Shown one piece after another: positions 7,785 to 12,415 of a DNA stretch of 12,415 nt (position 1 is its first letter; each line of letters opens with the position of its first letter). Source of the stretch: Promethearchaeota archaeon (lineage in GTDB: Archaea; Asgardarchaeota; Hermodarchaeia; Hermodarchaeales; Hermodarchaeaceae); assembly GCA_048938295.1 (NCBI GenBank), contig JBHLMI010000044.1:1-12415 (forward strand), written 5' to 3'. The position numbers and the translations under genes were made by a program. A model generated the notes under the pieces. That model was not told the DNA's origin and searched no databases. It worked only from the letters and a program-made list of their open reading frames with translations.

Positions 7785-8040
7785 CAGAGCGGCGAGAAAT
7801 TTGGCACCTCTCTCCCCCCTTAGAAAACCATTCCCTCTCCGATGTTTTCATTATCCTTGAGGTGTCTAATCCGCCAAAGCTTGGGTGATGACCATCCGAT
7901 TAGCCTTAGAATGCCAAGTGAAAACAACCCAAAGGTTACTCAACCCCCTGACCTGGATGGATCATGAGTTTTTTCGATGGCGTTGTCTTTGACAGATACG
8001 CCGTTCTCATCCAGAGGGAACAGCACTGTAGCCGCTTCTG
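7785..8040 (-). ncRNA. Candidate unannotated multi-branched structured ncRNA (core about 7824-8026)
   Basis: Nested helices: 7785-93/8031-40, 7831-38/8013-20 (8 bp perfect), 7843-50/7919-26 (8 bp perfect), 7866-71/7898-903, 7934-37/7942-45, 7964-68/8006-10, 7977-82/7999-8004. Most mismatches become G-U on the minus strand. No substantial ORF. Confidence 0.5.
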
Positions 8041-8049
8041 CCTATTAAT

Positions 8050-8055
8050 CTTAAA
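8050..8055 (-). promoter_or_regulatory. Candidate TATA box (TTTAAG) upstream of the structured region
   Basis: Same hexamer as the candidate promoters at 4410 and 7658; predicts a start near 8026. Confidence 0.4.
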
Positions 8056-8078
8056 GCTTCAACAAGGCTCCAGCTCGC

Positions 8079-8261
8079 TCAGAACCGTCGACTCAAACAG
8101 CCTGCCAGAATAAGAACAACCAACCCAACAGCCAACAAGAAAATTGAGGCCACATATGAGAGTGGCCCCAACAAAGGAATCAACAACAACCCAAACCCAG
8201 CAATCATGAACACAAAACCCAAGAAGATTAACAATATTACAAACCGTGGTTGCGAAGACAC
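8079..8261 (-). CDS. Small membrane protein (2 predicted TM helices)
   Basis: 60 aa, GTG start after SD-like AAGGTGTG, two hydrophobic helices and a basic RR tail. Confidence 0.65.
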   Translation of the reverse strand: MSSQPRFVILLIFLGFVFMIAGFGLLLIPLLGPLSYVASIFLLAVGLVVLILAGCLSRRF

Positions 8262-8389
8262 CTATACACACCTTGAGAAAGCTCTAATAGCTAATACGTG
8301 CGCCAGCTTTTGGGTCTTCTGTTCCCCACTAATTTCTGCTAGAAGCAGATACTATTCCACTTGGGGTAACGACCGTGCCAGAATAGAGA

Positions 8390-10708
8390 CTAATCGCGGC
8401 TTTCCCATTGAGCAATTGGTGGAATAGCCCGTCGGCTTCGACGGAACGCCCATACTAACAACACTACCAGAATGATGACGACAATGCCAATAACGAAATT
8501 CCAAATTAAGACATCTGGATTCGGTGGCCAACCTGGATTGAAGAACCGATAAAGAATCAGAATCGGTGCCGCAATCAGACTAATCAGGTTCACCACTTTA
8601 ATCATCGGATTCAACGCTGGGCCAGCAGTGTCCTTTAAGGGATCGCCAATAGTATCACCACAAACAGCGGCTTTATGACGTTCTGAACCCTTCCCAGTTC
8701 CTTTTTCAAGATCACAAACCTCATCCTCAATTTGCTTCTTAGCATTATCCCAAGCACCACCAGCAACAGCCATATACACGGCAAGCAGTAACCCAGACGC
8801 AATCAATCCTGCGAGAAAACCACCCAAAGCCTCAACTTGCAACAAGAGACCAATAACAATCGGCGTAACCACCGAGAGAATCGTTAAGCTAAGCAGTTCC
8901 TTTTGGGCAGCAGCCGTTGTGATGGAAACCACCCTGTCATAATGTGGCTTCACCGTCCCCTCCATCACCCCAGGAATCTTGAACTGCTCACGCACCTCTT
9001 CAATAATCTGTGAGGAAGCACGACTCACCGCTCGTATAGCCAGTGCTGAAAACAACCACGGTAACGCTGCGCCAATTAGCACTCCTGACAACACCAACGG
9101 ATTATCGATCCGAATTCCAAGCGCAAGCGGATTCGGCACCCCAGCTGCGGCAGCGGCCCGACCAACATCCACCACGAAACTGTAAAACAATGCACTCGCA
9201 GCAATCACTGCCGAGGCTATCGCCACATTCTTAGTGATCGCCTTTGTCGTATTCCCAACCGCATCTAAATCAGCCAAGATCCTCCGCGGCTTCTCAGGCA
9301 TATCCGTAAGCTCTGCAATTCCCCCAGCATTATCCGCAATAGGGCCATAACTATCCATAGCCACATTATTTCCGGTATGTGACAACATTCCAATGCCGAT
9401 GAGAGCGATGCCGAAGAGGACGTATTCAGGGGCGATGAGGAAGGCAGCAATGAAGGTGGCGACGATGACGAGGAGGATCCAGACAGCGGCTTCGTAGCCT
9501 GTGCTGATGCCGCTGAGGACGATGGTGGCGGGTCCACCGTGGGCTTGTTCGACGATTTCTTCGACAGGTCGGTGACGGTGGCTGGTGAAGTAGTTGGTGA
9601 GGGGATTGAAGCTGACAGCGAGGAGGACACCTACGGCGACAAGAATGCCGAGGCGGATATCGCCGGTATAGAAGAAAGAGAAGAGACAGGAGACGGTAAT
9701 CGTAAAGGCGCTGCTGACTTCATAGCTGTAGAACATGGCTTTTTCGGCTTTTTCGGTTTTCCAGACAGCAACCATGAAGGTGCCAATGATGCTGCTTATG
9801 ACACCGATGGCTCGAACGACGAGTGGAAAGATGATCCAGAAGATTTGCCCTGTAACCACGTAGAGTGCCACACCGAGTATGAGGGCTGAGACGATGGTGA
9901 CTTCGTAGGATTCGAAGATGTCGGCTGCCATCCCGGCACAGTCGCCGACGTTGTCACCGACGAGGTCAGCGATGACCGCGGCATTGCGGGGATCGTCTTC
10001 AGGGAGACCAGCTTCAACTTTGCCGACGAGGTCTGCACCGACATCAGCTGCTTTAGTGTAGATTCCGCCACCGATTCGCATGAAGAGGGCGAGGAGGGTG
10101 CCGCCGAAGCCGAAGCCAAGCAGGGCATCGGGGGCGCTTATGCCGAAGGCGATGAAAATGAGGGTGCCACCAAGGAGGCCAAGACCATCGGTGAGCATGC
10201 CGGTAAAGGTGCCTCCATGGTACGCGATTTTTAAGGCTTCACGGTAGCTTCGTCCTGAGGCAGAGGCAACGCGGATGTTGGATTCTATCGCAATCCGCAT
10301 TCCGAGTTGTCCTACAGTTAGAGAGCTAAGGGCACCCATCACAAAGGCAATTGCCCGTCCAGTGGCTATGATGAGCTGTACCTGCTGATACAAGTATCCT
10401 TCGCTGGGTGGAAAGACTTCGAGAGCTTCAAGGCTGGGTGGGACGATATAGACAGTGAAAAAGAGCACTATAGTAAGTAAAGCAATAAATGGCAGGATGG
10501 TTCGTAACTGTTTTCGAAGGTACGCCTTTGCACCTTCTTTTATGGCAGTCCATACTTCTTGCATTTTTACTGTGCCCTTATCGTGTTTGAGAACGTCACG
10601 GCGGAGCCAGACAGCATAAATTAAGCTAATTATCGCAGCGACAATAACGAAGCAAATAGCAACTTGTTCATACCATTGCAGGTGGAGGAAAGTGCTAAAG
10701 AGTCCCAT
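8390..10708 (-). CDS. hppA: Membrane-bound pyrophosphatase, K+-independent type (probably the divergent subfamily)
   Basis: Motifs GGGIYTKAADVGADLVGKVE, PEDDPRN, GDNVGD, GNTTKAITK (Lys determinant), GGAWDNAKK and GDTIGDPLKDTAGPALN; SD GAGGT. Confidence 0.96.
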   Translation of the reverse strand: MGLFSTFLHLQWYEQVAICFVIVAAIISLIYAVWLRRDVLKHDKGTVKMQEVWTAIKEGAKAYLRKQLRTILPFIALLTIVLFFTVYIVPPSLEALEVFPPSEGYLYQQVQLIIATGRAIAFVMGALSSLTVGQLGMRIAIESNIRVASASGRSYREALKIAYHGGTFTGMLTDGLGLLGGTLIFIAFGISAPDALLGFGFGGTLLALFMRIGGGIYTKAADVGADLVGKVEAGLPEDDPRNAAVIADLVGDNVGDCAGMAADIFESYEVTIVSALILGVALYVVTGQIFWIIFPLVVRAIGVISSIIGTFMVAVWKTEKAEKAMFYSYEVSSAFTITVSCLFSFFYTGDIRLGILVAVGVLLAVSFNPLTNYFTSHRHRPVEEIVEQAHGGPATIVLSGISTGYEAAVWILLVIVATFIAAFLIAPEYVLFGIALIGIGMLSHTGNNVAMDSYGPIADNAGGIAELTDMPEKPRRILADLDAVGNTTKAITKNVAIASAVIAASALFYSFVVDVGRAAAAAGVPNPLALGIRIDNPLVLSGVLIGAALPWLFSALAIRAVSRASSQIIEEVREQFKIPGVMEGTVKPHYDRVVSITTAAAQKELLSLTILSVVTPIVIGLLLQVEALGGFLAGLIASGLLLAVYMAVAGGAWDNAKKQIEDEVCDLEKGTGKGSERHKAAVCGDTIGDPLKDTAGPALNPMIKVVNLISLIAAPILILYRFFNPGWPPNPDVLIWNFVIGIVVIILVVLLVWAFRRSRRAIPPIAQWESRD

Positions 10709-10793
10709 TGTAATACCTCACATCTGATGATTTCGCCTTAGGAACTGGATTCCTGACTGCAGGACGATTGAACTTGTGCTAACACGTACTTTT

Positions 10794-10803
10794 GCCTTAT
10801 ATA
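10794..10803. promoter_or_regulatory. TATA-like element in the divergent hppA/permease intergenic region
   Basis: CCTTATATAC, read as GTATATAAGG on the minus strand about 85 nt upstream of the hppA ATG. Confidence 0.4.
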
Positions 10804-11006
10804 CTGTTCCTGTCATTTGAGCTTTCTCTCAGCACAACGGTTGACAAAGGTGTTCTTTTTCGTAGATGTTTGTAACCTTCTTCACTAGTCATCTGCAAAA
10901 CCTAAGGCCGGGGTATTCTCGAATTGAAAGATCGACGATGACGATTCCTGGAGTAGCGTAAAGAACCTAACGAATTACGGTTTCTCGACCAGCAAAGTTG
11001 ATAAAC

Positions 11007-11021
11007 CAGAAGTATCTTCTG
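11007..11021. promoter_or_regulatory. Inverted repeat (candidate operator) upstream of the permease
   Basis: CAGAAG-tat-CTTCTG, directly after TATA-like TTGATAAA. Confidence 0.3.
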
Positions 11022-11064
11022 CATCCATTCAAGGATTTTATTGAAGCTTCCGGCGGGATGCAAT

Positions 11065-12378
11065 GTGTTTCCTGGAACCTTCGTATTCATTATTTTCATT
11101 GTTGTAGTCTTGTTAATTACGACCAACATGGTCAAAGAGGTAATTGCGGCGCTGCTAGGTGCGGTCGCTGTTTTGGTCTTTATGGTTCAGATTTGGCCAC
11201 TGTGGGCTGGAGAATTTTTGACCTATCCAGTGTTTGCAGAACTTTTAGTTAGATGGGTTGATTTTCGTACCATTATTATTATTCTGGCAGTGATGGTGTT
11301 TACGGAACCGATTAAGGATTCAGGATTGTTTCAATATATTTCGATCAAGGCAGTGAAATGGTCGCGGGGAGGTCCTGCAATATTACTTGCCATTTTTTGT
11401 CTGCTTGCATTTACACTATCGGCGGTGTTAACTCAAATTGCGACGATCGTGTTGATTGGGTCTTTGACGATGATTGTTTGTGAGGCGCTTGATTTTAATC
11501 CTGTGCCTTACCTTGTGTCAGAGGCTATCGTTTCCAATGTTGGAGCGGTGAGTACTCAGATTTCTGGGATTCCAAATATTTTGATTGCTGGCGCGACTGG
11601 ATATGATTTCAATTGGTTCTTAATCAATCTCTTACCTTTTGCGTTGATATTGGCAGGGGTAACAATGGTAATTTCCTTCGTATTCTTTAGAAAAACCCTC
11701 AAAGCCCTGCATCCAACCCAGCTTGAACATCTACTTGAAATCGATGAAGCTACAATGATTCCAAACCGCTCAATTTTCTACCGGACAGCATTTTTATTAG
11801 TGGCAATTATTGCGGGGTTCATCCTATTTAGTCAATATGCCTATATCGTCGCAATCATTGGAGCAGTCGCCTTCTTACTTTTTGGTGGTAACACGGAAGA
11901 GATATTGAAAGAAGTAGAATGGTCATCTATCTTCTTTTTTATTGGATTGTTCATAATTGTAGGAGCCCTGGAGGAATTTGGGGTAATTGATGTGCTGGCT
12001 ATTCAAATCATCTTATTAACTGGAGGAAATACTGTCACAGCTCATGTTGCAATTTTATGGATTACTGGTCTAGCGAGCGGCGTAGTTGATAATATTCCTA
12101 TTACAATGGCGCTCATTCCTGTTGTCGAAGGATTAACGACGATTGGCATTCCCGCGGGAACCCTTTGGATCGCCCTAACCCTTGGCGCTGAACTTGGAGG
12201 ATGTCTCACTCCGATCTCTAGTACAGCGAATCTCCTTGCATATCGCACGGCAGCGAAACATAACCGTCCAATTCCCTATTTTACATTCTTGATGATTGGC
12301 ATCATAATGACGTTCATTTTCCTAGGGTTATCAACAGCCTACGTGCTATTGCGTTTGTTCCTGTTACCACTTCCGTAG
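11065..12378 (+). CDS. ArsB/NhaD-superfamily (P-protein/YbiR-like, SLC13-like) permease
   Basis: Multi-TM protein with DSGLF, EWSSIFFFIGLFIIVGALE, SGVVDNIP and LGAELGGCLTPISSTAN. The start is ambiguous (GTG 11065 or TTG 11041). Confidence 0.88.
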   Translation: MFPGTFVFIIFIVVVLLITTNMVKEVIAALLGAVAVLVFMVQIWPLWAGEFLTYPVFAELLVRWVDFRTIIIILAVMVFTEPIKDSGLFQYISIKAVKWSRGGPAILLAIFCLLAFTLSAVLTQIATIVLIGSLTMIVCEALDFNPVPYLVSEAIVSNVGAVSTQISGIPNILIAGATGYDFNWFLINLLPFALILAGVTMVISFVFFRKTLKALHPTQLEHLLEIDEATMIPNRSIFYRTAFLLVAIIAGFILFSQYAYIVAIIGAVAFLLFGGNTEEILKEVEWSSIFFFIGLFIIVGALEEFGVIDVLAIQIILLTGGNTVTAHVAILWITGLASGVVDNIPITMALIPVVEGLTTIGIPAGTLWIALTLGAELGGCLTPISSTANLLAYRTAAKHNRPIPYFTFLMIGIIMTFIFLGLSTAYVLLRLFLLPLP

Positions 12379-12415
12379 TGAATCCGAAGAAAATAGGAGA
12401 TATAAGCAGGTACTT

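Noticed and set aside
7776-7810. SAM-I riboswitch-like GGTGCCAAAT...CTGGTGATAA (minus), and CTCATCCAGAG (plus, 8006-8016)
   Set aside because: The GCAACC strand of P3 and the P2 kink-turn are missing, the two fragments lie on opposite strands, and no methionine/SAM gene follows.
7885-7951. Box C (GTGATGA) and box D (CTGA) on the plus strand
   Set aside because: The 56-nt spacing is long for an archaeal C/D guide, the internal D'/C' boxes are poor and there is no terminal stem. It remains a minor alternative for the structured region.
7966-8014. Hammerhead-like core on the minus strand (CTGGATGAG...stem...CGAAA)
   Set aside because: An extra G breaks the invariant CUGANGA, and I could not build stems I and III with a cleavage triplet.
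7785-8040. RNase P or SRP RNA identity for the structured region
   Set aside because: No GAGGAAAGUCC/ACAGAA..GGCUUA P4 pair, and no helix-8 CAGG-GNRA-AGCA motif in the correct geometry on either strand.
10810-11040. Tiny ORFs (18-31 aa) in the hppA/permease intergenic region
   Set aside because: No convincing SD or motif; lengths are as expected by chance.
106-12248. Numerous overlapping or antisense ORFs in the track (e.g. 552-1184, 4590-5120, 7250-7645, 9265-9630, 9539-9889, 9796-10128, 10998-11252)
   Set aside because: They are shadows of confident genes, with low-complexity Ser/Ala-rich translations that reflect codon bias and no recognisable motifs.
367-12378. Possible Sec/Pyl readthrough at TGA/TAG stops (369, 1197, 2720, 5646, 8390, 12378)
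   Set aside because: Each protein is complete for its family at the stop, the downstream frames soon close or run into the next gene, and no SECIS or pyl genes are seen.

Overview
Archaeal genomic window: GGAG/GGTGA-type Shine-Dalgarno motifs, TTTAAG/TTATA-type TATA boxes, and no mobile-element or CRISPR signatures. An Asgard-like lineage is an inference from gene content. Left arm (+ strand): a 5'-truncated OsmC-family protein; a coiled-coil/Pro-Ala-linker/helical-bundle protein that resembles the Vps28 C-terminal domain by eye; a tight five-gene operon (nitroreductase, two small RHH-like proteins sharing a WPxxPxL motif, SCP2-like lipid-binding protein, 9-repeat TPR protein); a small 2-TM protein; and a stomatin-like SPFH protein. 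Right arm (- strand): an Ig-like/BsuPI-like surface protein, an acyl-CoA dehydrogenase, a small 2-TM protein and a K+-independent membrane pyrophosphatase (hppA). These are divergent from an ArsB/NhaD-family permease on the + strand. The most notable unexplained features are a ~200-255 nt intergenic region (7785-8040) that folds into nested multi-branch helices with a TATA box and U-tract in the right places (candidate unannotated ncRNA), a second TATA-preceded long hairpin (4439-4542), and an abrupt codon/GC-skew switch inside hppA near 9390. All folding and family calls were made by eye and need computational confirmation.
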